Source of the DNA: Takakia lepidozioides
Lineage: Eukaryota; Plantae; Bryophyta
Assembly: GCA_030704615.1 (NCBI GenBank)
Contig: CM060734.1
Coordinates: 53,444,001-53,508,000, forward strand
DNA: 64,000 nt
Direction: 5' to 3'
The translations under genes and the position numbers were made by a program. Positions 47,790 to 59,870 of this stretch are shown here, piece after piece; position 1 is the stretch's first letter; each line of letters opens with the position of its first letter. Below the pieces are notes generated by a model. The model was not told the DNA's origin, did no database searches, and saw only the letters and a program-made list of their open reading frames with translations.

Positions 47790-49153
47790 TTAAAGGCTTG
47801 GCAATCGATTTGGGAAGCATGGATGCATGTGAGACCTCACCTAAACCATCCCCTCCCACGAGGTCTTAAGGCAGCTAGTATTTGGGAACTTTAACGCAGA
47901 TTCGGAAGTCCTTATTAAGTGCTCAAATAAGTGGGCTTCCTGGGAACAGGCAGGGGTTTCGAACTTCTGTCACTTTTGGGAGGATGGGGCTTTCCTCCTG
48001 AAACATGTTGCTACTGCAGGCTATCGATGAGGAAAGCGTCCGCCTAGGACACCATCGTCTCGAACATTCCCCCTCGCTGGCTCTCTATATGTTCCTTTCC
48101 ACTCAATCAAAGGGCATCTCCCATCTTGGCTAGGTAGGGGTGCTTCTGGATCGTTTGTGGCCTTCTATGCAACCTCTAGGGACTCTCAATCGCTCTTCGG
48201 GTTGGATTTCTCTTTGTATACTGACGGAGCCTTGGTCTCTCCCCGCCCTACATCTCACTAAGAAGCCGATTTATTTCCCATTAGGATGTTTTCGGTTACC
48301 TCCGGGGCTTGTGATCCAGAACCCCCCCTCAACCTTGTGCATTACGAAGATTCTTTCATATGCTTTCTTTTTGCTCCTCTTAGGTTTGACCCCGCTGAAT
48401 GGCGTTGGATGGATAAGAAGCATACCCCCTTTTTTGGGTTCAAGGTGAAGTTGGCTTATTCTCTCCTACGGCCTCCAGTGCTCTTCGCTAGCAAATGGAA
48501 CTCTAAGTGGAGGCATCTGCATACCCTCCCTGCAAATTGGAAGTCCATTTGGGGAGATATCTGGAGAAAGGATAGGGCTGCCAAGGTCTCGGGGTTTTAA
48601 TGGAAAAATTGCAAATAGAATCCTTCTGATTCTCCAGTTCATTCCTAGCTCCTCTGGCTTATGTTCAATATGCCAGGCAGGCCAAGATGAATCGATAGAG
48701 CACTGGCTAGTGTCCTGCCCCCTAGCTGCGTTCATTTGGTCTCGGGTTTGCAGATTCTATCAGTTTTGGAACCCACAGGCTTCCACGAATGCATTTGTCT
48801 TGCTTTTGAATTTACATAGTGGTGTGTTGTGGAGCACTTGCCCGGTGTGGGCAGTTCTAAGGGCCCATACACTCTGGAGTGTATGGAAGAGCAGATGCTC
48901 GTGGTTTATGGGGGGGACTCAACCTTGCGTGAAATTATTGCTGCATAGGATACATTCCGATCTCATGACTGAGGCACGGAAAACATTGCGGGTTTTGGGT
49001 GCAGCTCTTGCTAGATGCGCACAAAGAAGGAGGCTGCAGCTTCTCTCTTGCTTTGATAACACTTGGGGGAAAGGCAGACAACTCTGCTCAAGAACATTAG
49101 AATCAGAGGTTATTTGGAACAACAAACTCTCGCCATGTTGGGAGCTCTACTAG
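47790..49153 (+). pseudogene. LINE ORF2 C-terminus with zf-RVT
   Basis: KAWQSIWEAW...; WKIANRIL...CSICQAGQDESIEHWLVSCP...W; LWSVWKSRC. Confidence 0.85.
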
Positions 49154-49619
49154 TGCGCAGCAATTTGCAGCAAGAGGACTCGGATGTGAATTGGCGTCAC
49201 AAGCGCCTGAGGAAGGGAAAATCTAAAGCGCACCTTTCTTTCGACATCTCTTCTAGGTAGTCTCATTACTCCCTTCTCCTCTTCGCAGATCCATCTCGGA
49301 CTCTGCTTGGTAGTACAGGATCTAGGGCTGGGGGCAGTGTCCCATTTTTCCTCCTCATGGTGGTTTCTCCGAGGTTATTTTTTCCTCGCTAATTATTAAT
49401 GAAATTTCAGGGCGCCGTCCCTTGTTAAATTTAAAAAAGAAAAGAGAAGAAAAGATTGACATATTTATATGTAACTGTCAACTTTTATACAATGAATCAT
49501 ATTCATGGGATAACACTAGGAATAATGTAAGAACTTAATGCACACATGAGATATCTGACAGCAGAATACTCTGGTTTCTGGCATGTTAAATCTTCTCCAG
49601 CCCCTTCTAAGAGTGAGAC

Positions 49620-49845
49620 AAATTGGTGACATGCAAAGGGGTGACATCATCCGAGATGACATTGGGGTTACGCAGAAGGGGGTGACACGAGACACGAGGG
49701 TGACACGATGAAGTCTCACTCCGATCGTTGTAATTCCCATTTGGTGTCATGAAATTTGACTTAGTCGAATCTTGATCAAGTATATAAAATGTACTAAGAG
49801 GAAGCTACACGACACTGGGGTGACATAGATCGGGATGACACAAAC
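49620..49845. repeat. Cluster of GG(G/A)TGACA motifs (possible subterminal repeats of a DNA transposon remnant)
   Basis: GGTGACA or GATGACA occurs about 7 times within ~220 bp. Confidence 0.5.
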
Positions 49846-50041
49846 TCCGCTGGGAGCAAAGATTGTGGCCAGGTGTCTTATGCTTAGCTGAAGTTCAGCA
49901 CCACTGTTACTTTTTCAGCATGATTTTATAATTGGCCCATATATTTATGACAATTAATCATATCTTTACTAATCAGGCTAGGATACATATAAAAGGCGGT
50001 GGGGTAAGAATGTTGTCAACCCAATTCACCAAATTTTATCA

Positions 50042-52090
50042 TCATCCCTTTGTACAAGACAATCTATTGAAATGGGAGAGAAGAGCATACAAATGGTCTC
50101 TCTCTTTTTCCAATCTTTGGAATGCTCCTGTCTCTCCCACCCTCCAACCCCAGTTGCCTGTCTGAGTAGCTGGTGTGTTCATGCGACCCGAATTGTCCAC
50201 ACCCATCAAGTCTTGCATGGGAATGATGCTTGTTCTTGCGACGGACGCAATGGATGCCCGGATAAATTCCCAATGAACCTCATCTTCCTTTTGGAATTGC
50301 AAGTAATACTTGACATTTTCCTTCTCTTTGGTCCCAACTTTCTTCCACCAACCCACACAAGTATCATTGTCATGTGTCCCGGGGTAGACCACTTGGTCCA
50401 CTTCATGGTTGTGTGGGAGATGTGGGTTTTTGGAGTTGCTCCCAAATGCAAATTGCAGCACAGCCATTCCGGGAGCTCTGATGTTCTTCCTCAATGCTAC
50501 CACATCTCCTGTGATGATGCCCAGGTCCTCTGCAATAATGTCAACTTTTCCAACTGCTTCTTTGATGGCATTGAAAAAATCTTCTCTTGGGCCTGCCTTC
50601 CATTTTCCACTGATGGCAGTCTCAGCAGTTGCAGGTATGGCCCAGTACCCGGCCAATCCTCGAAAGTGATCGATCCGGAACTCATCATACAGCTCGAATG
50701 CACGACGCATTCGAATCACCCACCATGCATATCTGTCCTTGGCCATCTCCTTCCAGCTGTAAAGTGGGCTTCCCCACAGTTGTCCAGTTGCACTAAAGGC
50801 ATCTGGAGGAACCCCACTCACCATAGTTGGAACGCCTGTCTTCTGATCTAGTGCAAACATTGAACGATGCGCCCACACGTCTGCGCTATGGCCGCCCACG
50901 TATATCGGCATGTCGCCCACAATCTTGATACCGAGGTTGTTTGCATACTTGTGAATTGCTTGCCACTGACGTTGGAAAAGAAATTGCTCTGCTATGAATT
51001 GGTGAATGAAATCTTTGTGCTTATGGCGTGCTGCATCTAGAGCGGAAAGGTTGCGGTCTCTTAGAGGCTCAGGCCAATCCCACCAATAGTGAGCATCAAT
51101 TGCATGGTCGATTGCCGCGAACAAAGCAGCCTCCTCAAGCCATATGGAAATGCGAGGGTTCTTACGAAAGTTATCCAATTCATCCTTCAAGTGACCTTGG
51201 CTGTTAGCAAGTTTCTTGGCAGCCTTGGATATAAGGGGATCTTTCACCTTGGCAACAGTTTCATAGTTCACCCTTTTTGTAGGTACAGTTTTGGGGAGAT
51301 CAGACTTTTCCAAGAGTGTGTCTTTGACAAGTTCTTCGAGAGAGATGAGGAGAGTGTTTCCACAATTGACATCACACGCGGCATAGGGTGAACCATCTTC
51401 CCCACCCCTCCGCCCGGGTGGACCCAGAGGCAAAACTTGCCAAACAGTGCATCCAGTGGATTTTAACCAGTCCAAAAAGATGAATGCCTCCTTGCCAAGC
51501 TCTCCAATGCCATACGCCCCTGGCAAGGATGTAGGATGGAGTAGAATTCCACATCTCCGTTGGGGCACCTTCTTAGTTGGATCGTCGTCTTGATAATGTG
51601 CAGGTAAATCCTCCCCTACTCCCACACCCACTTTACAAATGTCACCCCTACCCCTGTATGTCCTTCTAACACTGGTCAAAGGGCAGCATCTAGTTGGCTC
51701 GATACATAAGTTCGGAATTAAGATTTTGGTAGGAAAAGGACGACTTTGATTGTTGCTGTGAGGATAGGTGCCATATACGTTGCGTTGGATGGCGTACAGA
51801 CCTGAGCATGAAGGTTTAATTTTCGAGGACCTCCTCCTAGACCATCCAAGGTACCCATGGATTTTCGAAAACTCAGCAACAGCTTGAGCATTAAATTTTC
51901 TGGGAATGCCGTATGAGCCCCAGCTGATGCGGGTCAGTGTACTAGTAGGCGGGGTAAGACACACCTTTCCATTTTCCCAAACTGCTTCGACAAAATCTGG
52001 TCTGCTGGCAACTGTCTTTCTCCTATTAGATTCAAATGGTTTGGGCAACCTTACACAGGCTGACGGACAACATTCCACCAAGCCTGCCAT
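50042..52090 (-). CDS. DPE1: Plastid 4-alpha-glucanotransferase / disproportionating enzyme 1 (GH77), intronless, long N-terminal transit-peptide-like extension
   Basis: 682-aa ORF: RRCGILLHPTSLPG, WQVLPLGP, SPY, GDMPIYV, SGVPPDAFSATGQLWGSPLY, catalytic RIDHFRG / IIAEDLG / GTHDNDT, RMNTPAT..GNWGWR. Confidence 0.96.
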   Translation of the reverse strand: MAGLVECCPSACVRLPKPFESNRRKTVASRPDFVEAVWENGKVCLTPPTSTLTRISWGSYGIPRKFNAQAVAEFSKIHGYLGWSRRRSSKIKPSCSGLYAIQRNVYGTYPHSNNQSRPFPTKILIPNLCIEPTRCCPLTSVRRTYRGRGDICKVGVGVGEDLPAHYQDDDPTKKVPQRRCGILLHPTSLPGAYGIGELGKEAFIFLDWLKSTGCTVWQVLPLGPPGRRGGEDGSPYAACDVNCGNTLLISLEELVKDTLLEKSDLPKTVPTKRVNYETVAKVKDPLISKAAKKLANSQGHLKDELDNFRKNPRISIWLEEAALFAAIDHAIDAHYWWDWPEPLRDRNLSALDAARHKHKDFIHQFIAEQFLFQRQWQAIHKYANNLGIKIVGDMPIYVGGHSADVWAHRSMFALDQKTGVPTMVSGVPPDAFSATGQLWGSPLYSWKEMAKDRYAWWVIRMRRAFELYDEFRIDHFRGLAGYWAIPATAETAISGKWKAGPREDFFNAIKEAVGKVDIIAEDLGIITGDVVALRKNIRAPGMAVLQFAFGSNSKNPHLPHNHEVDQVVYPGTHDNDTCVGWWKKVGTKEKENVKYYLQFQKEDEVHWEFIRASIASVARTSIIPMQDLMGVDNSGRMNTPATQTGNWGWRVGETGAFQRLEKERDHLYALLSHFNRLSCTKG

Positions 52091-53874
52091 AGCCCTCCGG
52101 CGATCGCCTCACCTCGTTACTTGTAAATCAGCCAGTCACCTTGTCAGTACCCTTTGCATATTGATGACGATAGTTATGGAACATCTGGACATCAATTATT
52201 GCCTTGTATGACAACTAGGGTTATCATACTCAATGCGAGATCCATTTGTACAAGCCCATGCTCTATCCTACTCTAACCTGGAGCAGTATATTGGGTCTAC
52301 TCAAAATCCGTTGTACTTCAACGAAGTATACGTGAAAAACATGTGAGCAGTGACTGCAGTCCAGTCTTTGTTTTCGTGCATAACTTTACAATGAAAAGGG
52401 AGGAAGCAACTGATTACATCCGGGGATCCAGACTTATAATTCATGGCCTGTGCAACTACTTTTTCCTGGGCAGGCTGGCAACATTAAAGAAAAGTAGTGT
52501 AGTTCACCAACAATGGGAGGAAAGAAGAAGGGAGAAAAACTGACTTTCAAGACAAGTAATCAGAAGCGATTTGAAAGAGAGGAGAGTCTTCAAAGAAAGA
52601 CGGTTGATAGAGGAGGAAGACAGTGTATAATCCCTACTTAGTTTCAGGATATTGTAACTTGCTAGCTTGAAGGGTAAGGCCCCCTGGAATCTGAATGTTT
52701 TGAACTGGTGGTGTTTTGAGAAGTTAGATAGTTCCACAGATCTAGGATTGATGGCGAAACCAGTCATACATAACGGACGAATGTACTCCACAGAATGTTG
52801 GACTGCGCATTCTAGATGGCATATTCCAGTTGGGCAGTCCGGAAGGTCGTTCGTCTGAATGGCCTCTTAAGAGCATTGAATGTGAGTACAACAAAGCATT
52901 GAATGTAAGTACAACACAACATTGAATGCCTCGATGTTGCTGCTAACTGACGATGATGGTGGCAGGCTGAACAGCACTTTTTATCCGCCAGGAACAACTG
53001 AGCTCAACAACCAGGACTAGCAAGGGGACTAGGTTTGCAAGGAGAAGACTGCGTTATGTATTTACGTACTCTGCAAAGGACACACACACAAGCACAGGGT
53101 GGCAGGAGAATATGAAAGAGCTACCGACACCCTGACGCCTTAAATCTCATGCATGGGATCGAGCGTTCCGATTTGGCAACCTCTTGGGTGCCCATCTCGA
53201 GGCAGACTGCGTGTCATACTTTGGTCGACGGCCTTCTTCTGCAAAGCGGCCCCTGTCCTGTTGTTCCGTAGAAAGCCTACAGCTGCCACGGCTGGCCTGG
53301 CCTGCCATCATCTCATCTTCTCTCTCTCTGGGTTGCCATTATCTCTCTCCCTCCTAAGTAATCCCTCTCACACTCTCTCTCCCTCTCTGCGCAGTCCTGC
53401 AAGATTCCTCCTTCCCTCGTGCCAGGTTTGCGTCTCTCAGGTTAGCTTGGACTCTGGAGGTAGCTTGTTTGAACAATCCTGCCCCCCATCATGGCCAAGT
53501 GCAGCAGTCTGCTACCCGCAATTGTAGACGCAAGTCACTCGTTGTGTAGCATCGGTTACTCGTTGGGTGCCCAGCATTGGTTACGCTGCAGAGATGCAGA
53601 ACTCTTGCCAGACTTCCCCCCGAAAACAAACACATCAGACAGTTATTTCCCCCATCTGCCATCACCTCGCTGCATTCTGAATGCTGCCTCTGAGAGAGGG
53701 ACGACCACAATCAGCCCATGTTGGGGGGTTGTCTCTCTCAGTCCCTACATCCGGATGACCACCCACATTCATTACTTATCTTAAGAACTTGACTGAATTC
53801 GATAGATGAGTGACTATATTTCATCTGTTTTGGACCGTTGAGATTGTAAGTACAGAGGGTAAAAGCGCTGTCAT

Positions 53875-53930
53875 CATCATCATCTTTTTCTTCTTTTTTT
53901 CTTCTTCTTCTTCTTCTTCTCCGTCGTCGC
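53875..53930. repeat. Microsatellite (TCA)n/(TCT)n
   Basis: Seen directly. Confidence 0.8.
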
Positions 53931-55514
53931 ACACTGACCAGTGCTCGATTAAATCTTGCAAGACCCACGGGGAGTGTGTCAGGATCCACGCGCAGCTTGA
54001 GTATGTACTCTCATGTTGCTGCTGCCCACATTGCCTCGGCTTTTCAGCGCTGCACCCGTAGTCTCCGCCTTCTGTGGGGGATGGAATCCCGCTGCAATTG
54101 AGAAATACCGGAATGCCGGAGATGATGACTGATCGTGGGTGTTTTGAAGAGCTTTCGGCGCAATTTGCGCACTTGGGGGTTTGCCTCTTGTCCGCAGCGG
54201 TGAAGAAGCAGAAGAAAGGCAGTCAGTACGGGGTGTCTGATCCTTCCCGGACAGAAGTTACGTAATTTTCATTAGAAAATGGAGGAACAAATGATCAGTC
54301 TGAAAATCTACCTGGACTAAGTTGAACTTAGAAATTCTTGGAACATGGTTGTGCTGGGATCCCTGCTACAATCCGTGCGTCTGCTTGATTGTTGAGGCGT
54401 CGCTTGCTTGTGCTAAGGAAGCAGGCCGTCGTGGCCAACGGTATAAATTCTACTCCTAATCTTAAAGAATGAAGACTAGTGTCCAAAGTAGTATATTGTA
54501 GATTTGAGCGGCTCCATAAATGGAGCAGGCTGTGGGGACGAACAGGGATTTGCTGCCAACACGATTGCAGCTATACTCTTTGCCATCATCATTTCATAGA
54601 GTTATCTGATGGAGAACCTTGACAACCCGGGGAAAACCTCCATAGTGGGCTTTCAACAACAACATTGCACACATCCATTGAGGCTGTTCTGGAGAAATCG
54701 AATTCATGTTTTAGTGTGTCGTTATTGTGGCTGACAGGAGATCTGCTGTCTTTCACCCGATTGCCGGGAAGGGTGAGAAGCACATCACCTCTTCCGTACT
54801 GGCCTAAAATTCTGCTTTCTTCAGCGTCAAAAGTCACTACTTGCACAAAAAGAAGTTGTGAAAGCTGTTGACTGATGGTAGAATGTGCATTTAGAATTGA
54901 GACTGATGCATGTGCTAGTAACTACATGAAGCACCATCTTAACAATTAACCATAAATTGGCTGTTCGGTTTGTTCCCTTCAACCTTCACCTCAACAGGCT
55001 GACTGAGGCTGGTACTGAAATGTGAAAGTACTGTGGTGTAAAACAACCATTCTGTGAAGGGTTTTAATGAACCAAGCACCCACAAACTGGTTCTAGATCT
55101 AGGATCTCAATTCCGGAATTGGAGCTGTGGTGGATTGCAGTATTTGCCTTGAAAGCTTCAGTAGTGGAAGAATCGGGTGAGCATGCAGTGGGAGACTCGA
55201 TGTTCCCCAATCACACCAAAAAATGCCCTCCAAGAAACCTGTCTTCCCATTAATCAACCTCTTTCTGTGGAAATTTTCACCAACAGAAGAACTTCAGGGT
55301 TTTCTTCATGCCTTGTCTTTTGTAATGTTCCTGACACCTCTGCCTTAAGGCTGTTCAATTCCTTCACAGCTGCTGTTCCATATTTTTACTTGGCTTGCGG
55401 TCACCACAAGTGGCAGTACTCTCTGCCACAACTAATGACACATGCCTTCTGTGAAGTAACGTACCACCTTTCCACCCTCTTGCTTCAAGCAAAGCACTTT
55501 CTTTCATGCATGTT

Positions 55515-57455
55515 TCACCAGTAATCCCCACAAGAACAAACCCCATTTTGGAAGTGGTGAAAACGGCTGGCATCCCTTACAACAATTGGTCGTCCAACAA
55601 TCTTCGAGATTAACTTGGTGGCGGTATGGCAGTCACCACATACCCGAAGGTTCTTGACTATGCGGATTCGTGTCCCAGGGGGTGTGCTAATGAGCCCGAA
55701 AGTGATGGCCAGCTTCTCACTGTGGTAGCAAAGAGAGCATCCCTTTTGCTCCTCCTCCACATCGTGCAATACAAAGCGTGTGTCAGGCACATAACCGGCG
55801 TCCTCCATCTGTCCAGATAATCTCTCCAGTTCAGCATGGATATCCTCAATTTGTGGATGCAATTTGTCATCTACAATGAAGGTATGCACCTGGTTGTCCA
55901 CCTCAATGTAGCTGCGCCCTGGCTCCTTTGTAACACCTCTGTCTTCCATCATTTTTCTCAATTTCGCTTTATCGTCCCACCTACCAGCTGCAGCATAGAT
56001 GTTGGATAGCAGAACATAAGCTCCAGCATGCTGTGGATCACTCTTAACAATGTTTTTTGCTGCACGTTCTGCTACATCCACATGGCCATGAATTCTGCAG
56101 GCACCAAGTAAGGCTCTCCACACCCCAGCACCTGGTGTGATTGGCATTTTGTTAATGAAGTCCTCTGCCTTTCCCAATTGCCCTGCACGGCCAAGAAGGT
56201 CCACCATACAGCCAAAATGCTCGACTGTAGGAGTGAGGCCATAATCTCGACTGATGGAATCAAAGTAGTGACAGCCTTCATCCACTAAGCCAACATGACT
56301 ACATGCAGAGAGAAGAGATACAAATGTGACATTATTCGGCTTCAAGCCTTCATGTTGCATTTGTTCAAACAGTTCCAGGGCCTCCCTACCAAACCCATGT
56401 TGAGCATATCCTGTAATCATAGCACTCCATGAAACTGCATTTCGTTTAGCCATACTGTCAAACACTTTCCGTGCAAGATTAACGCTTCCACACTTGGCAT
56501 ACATGTCAGCAAGGGCAGTCTCCAGAATGATGTCTGGACCAATTCCATCTCTGATGATGTCAACATGGACCTTTTTGCCCTTTTCCAGCGCTCCTAGGCT
56601 GCCACATGCATTGAGAATGGAGGTAAACGTGACCCTGTTGGGTGTCACCCCTTCCCCTATCATTTGCTCATAAACCTTGAAAGCCTCCCTGCCACACCTG
56701 TTCTGAGCATATCCTGCAATCATTGTGCTCCATGACACCACATTTCGTTCAGCCATATTATCGAATACTTGACGTGCATCCTCTATGCTCCCGCATTTGG
56801 CATACATGTCAACAAGGGTATTCTCTAGTATGATATCTGATTCAATTCCACTTTTGCTAATATTAGCATGGATCTCTTTGGCTTTTTCGAGGGTTCCTAG
56901 GCTGGCACATGCATTCAGAACGGAAGTGAACATAACCCTGTTGGGCACCACCCCTTCCTGTATCATTTGCTCATAAATCTGGAAAGCCTCCCTTCCATAC
57001 CCATGCTTGGAATATCCTGCCATCATTATAGTCCACGTAAACCCATTTCTTTCAGGCATTTTGTCAAACACTTGGCGGGCATCCACTACACTCCCACATT
57101 TGGCATACATGTTGACAAGGGTGTTGAACAAAATGACATTTGGTTTGAATCCACTCTGGATAATATGGGCGTGTACCTGCTTTCCCTCTGCTAAATCTTT
57201 TGTGTTGATGCACTCCTGCAAGATACAGACGTAAGTATTGGAGTCTGCCCGCATACGTCGATTGTTCAAAATGTGCAGTGCTTCTTGAAGTCGTCCCGCC
57301 TTACAAAGTGTCTTAAACTCTCCACAAGGGCCCAAGGAATTCTTATCGCGTCCCTCGTTTGGTCCTCTGTCCAAGGCATTGACAATACTGGAGGTGCTAG
57401 CCATGCCGCCAGTCTGATATCCAACAAACAACTGAGTATGATTCAACCCTGCCAT
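55515..57455 (-). CDS. PLS-class pentatricopeptide repeat protein with E and complete DYW deaminase domain (organellar C-to-U editing factor)
   Basis: Repeated MYAKCGS..AR.VFD.M..RN.VSW motifs; E domain; PG box PGRSYIE; HSEKLA...CGDCH zinc/deaminase motif; ends CSCGDYW. An acceptor-like TGCAG 1 nt before the ATG suggests an upstream exon. Confidence 0.97.
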   Translation of the reverse strand: MAGLNHTQLFVGYQTGGMASTSSIVNALDRGPNEGRDKNSLGPCGEFKTLCKAGRLQEALHILNNRRMRADSNTYVCILQECINTKDLAEGKQVHAHIIQSGFKPNVILFNTLVNMYAKCGSVVDARQVFDKMPERNGFTWTIMMAGYSKHGYGREAFQIYEQMIQEGVVPNRVMFTSVLNACASLGTLEKAKEIHANISKSGIESDIILENTLVDMYAKCGSIEDARQVFDNMAERNVVSWSTMIAGYAQNRCGREAFKVYEQMIGEGVTPNRVTFTSILNACGSLGALEKGKKVHVDIIRDGIGPDIILETALADMYAKCGSVNLARKVFDSMAKRNAVSWSAMITGYAQHGFGREALELFEQMQHEGLKPNNVTFVSLLSACSHVGLVDEGCHYFDSISRDYGLTPTVEHFGCMVDLLGRAGQLGKAEDFINKMPITPGAGVWRALLGACRIHGHVDVAERAAKNIVKSDPQHAGAYVLLSNIYAAAGRWDDKAKLRKMMEDRGVTKEPGRSYIEVDNQVHTFIVDDKLHPQIEDIHAELERLSGQMEDAGYVPDTRFVLHDVEEEQKGCSLCYHSEKLAITFGLISTPPGTRIRIVKNLRVCGDCHTATKLISKIVGRPIVVRDASRFHHFQNGVCSCGDYW

Positions 57456-58825
57456 CCTGCATGAAAATAGATTATTTCACACTAACTCACATAACGTATC
57501 TCAAAGCTCATAGATACTTCAAGCAAATATCTCCTCATAAGCACAGGCCTATCCCACAGCCTGCAGCCTGAATCAACTTCTATGTATTATAAGCGTGAAA
57601 ATATAGCTGTCCTTTGAGGAATAACTGTACCAATTCTATCTGTTTGAGTTGGAACCCGCAATCATTATCAAAGCAATACCTGTTGTATTCTCGGGCTCGA
57701 GATCCAATCTCTATATCGACCTCAGAAGTGGATTGTGCTTGACCTTGGATCGTGGCAGATAGCTCTGCTCTAGCCCAATGACGGTTGGACCAACCCTCAA
57801 TCCAAAGGATTTTATTTGTGTGCTTCCGTCTGAAGTCTGGTGAGCTTAGACTTTTCTGCGAAAGCCGAGCAACCACAGCTTCAACCACAGCCTTGAATTG
57901 ACCAGGTTACGGCCACCAAGCTCCAAACGTCTTTCAAACGACAGGGAGCAATGCTGAGCATTGTACCTCCTACTCATGGCAACAGTAAGAAACTGTTCTG
58001 ATGCTTTTTCATGACAAAGGACAAAACTATCTTAACTGAAGAAACTGCAGATACTATCCAATTGACAACACTACAGTCGTCATGCAAGATTCAGTCATAA
58101 GCTCTCCTCAACAAACTCTTTGTGCCCTACATAGCCTCACATTATGAAACTTGTTGTCCCACCATCCAGAAGGATCCCAGAAGAATTCCTGCAAGAGCCG
58201 CTCCAAGCTCATAGCTTGACCTGCATGCAAGAAATGCAGGAACATTAGAACTTTGCCAGCTTCTGATTGCCTCAAGACTCTATGTCAGAGTGCTAGTGCC
58301 AGAACTTAGATTCTTAGCAGCTCCTCCTGCCCTAGGCCTTTCTGAGCAATGAGGGCTTTCCATTAGAGTAATCTTTCTCTGCCATTTTCAAGCAGACTGG
58401 CACTGCCACTGCAAACTTATCCCACAAGTGCGACTCTAGGAACAACAAAATATTTTCTCCTAATCCATTCCTCGGTGGCAATTGTGGCTGTACATTGCTC
58501 CAGAAGGACCTCACAATGTCTCTAAGATTTTCTCGCGACAAGCTCTGGAGCGAGCGCAAAATGCATTGCACATCTTGGAGCTGGCCGCGGTAGCTTTGTG
58601 GACCATGTGACAGCCCCATCATAACTCTCACCATGAGTTATGACAGGGTTATGTTACCTTAATGGCCGCAAGCAAGCCAGCCAAAAGGTACCATTCTCTC
58701 TCGTGCCATGAATGGAAAAAACAGACATCGAGAGATACTGAAGCGCTCAAGGGTGTCGATTCCGCTCCTGTAGGTCACGGACACAATGGAGTAGCTCGCC
58801 CCTAAATATATAGTTAAGAGATCCA

Positions 58826-58999
58826 AAGAAAGACGCAAAATTTCCTGTCCATCGACCATACCTGTCTTCAGTTTCCCTGGACGCGGGGGAGCTGTTACAG
58901 CATTCCCAACCTAAGAAAGACGCAAAATTTCCTGTCCATCGACCATACCTGTCTTCAGTTTCCCTGGACGCGGGGGAGCTGTTACAGCATTCCCAACCT
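58826..58999. repeat. Perfect 87-bp tandem duplication
   Basis: AAGAAAGACGCAAAATTTCC...CATTCCCAACCT occurs twice head to tail. Confidence 0.95.
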
Positions 59000-59870
59000 C
59001 GATGCCTACTGCAGCTCCACATCCTGACCCGCTGCCCGCCCGTTCACCGCAAGGAGAAGGAGGGCCTCGGCTATGTGTGTACTCACTAGAACGCTGGACC
59101 ACACTGCCATCCCCAATGTTCGTAATTGTTACCATTGTGCTGTTTCCGTCTCATTCTTTCAGGCATTCGGTCTCGCACAGAGAGTCAGGTCTTGTATGAG
59201 AATGTTACGATTATTGCCTTGAAACCAGATCATGTCAACTACTTTGAGCTATGAAGATCTGGCAGTGGTAGCTTGTGATTGCGCCTGTCGAGCTTTCTCC
59301 TTCCAAAACACGTCGACTGCCTCCTTCAAGTCATCATCATTTCCACCCGCAGCTCTCATGCTATAAATAAAAAAAGATTGATAGTGAGTTGTCAACCTTT
59401 CCTCTCTCGACACCCAGCAATCTACCCATCCTCGCTATGGCCATGGCAAGAGCGAAAAGGATATAGGATGCAGAAAGAGGCAGCCAGTGCAGCAAAACAA
59501 GACAGAGAATCTGCAAAGGTGGGTTGCATTGTGAAGCGCAAGATGAGTGCAAAATGAAACTCGTTTTTCTGTCTGAAGTCTCTTCCTTCGCTCCATAACA
59601 ATCCGTAAGAACAATTTTCTCCAGTCTAGTGTGTTGGATGTGTTTTGGCTTTGCTTGCTCTGCTAATCACCTTTCCTTGGCTCTTCCATTCCTCATCCCC
59701 GCAGTAGTCAGTGTTCCCTGTCCTTGAAATGAGTGGGAAAGGACTTGTTTGTTCAACCCACACAGCGAAGACAGATGAGTTGATGTATGCATTACATACA
59801 TTCAGATTCACTACTTTGTTGCATCGTCCTCTGGAAAACAGCCCATTGATTACAATCACCCTTGTCACTA

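Larger units (their letters stand above)
21944..49447 (+). mobile_element. Probably full-length (~7 kb native) L1-type LINE, fragmented by nested insertions and an inversion
   Basis: ORF1 at ~22478-22701 and 30785 onward; endonuclease from ~32716 (SWNIRG, IVFLQEHKL, FTW, RLDRIY, DH); RT at 45900-47330 on the minus strand; zf-RVT at ~48600-48750; A-rich tail at ~49432. Candidate TSD AGAATAAGATTGAC (21930-21943) versus AGAA-AAGATTGAC (49448-49460). Confidence 0.75.

Noticed and set aside
50072-50851. 259-aa plus-strand ORF (and similar antisense ORFs over pol and PPR)
   Set aside because: Antisense shadows of real coding sequence.
57580-59868. Additional gene between the PPR gene and the RTE-X element
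   Set aside because: Only short unrecognisable ORFs; may be 5' UTR or intron of the PPR gene, but not supportable from sequence alone.
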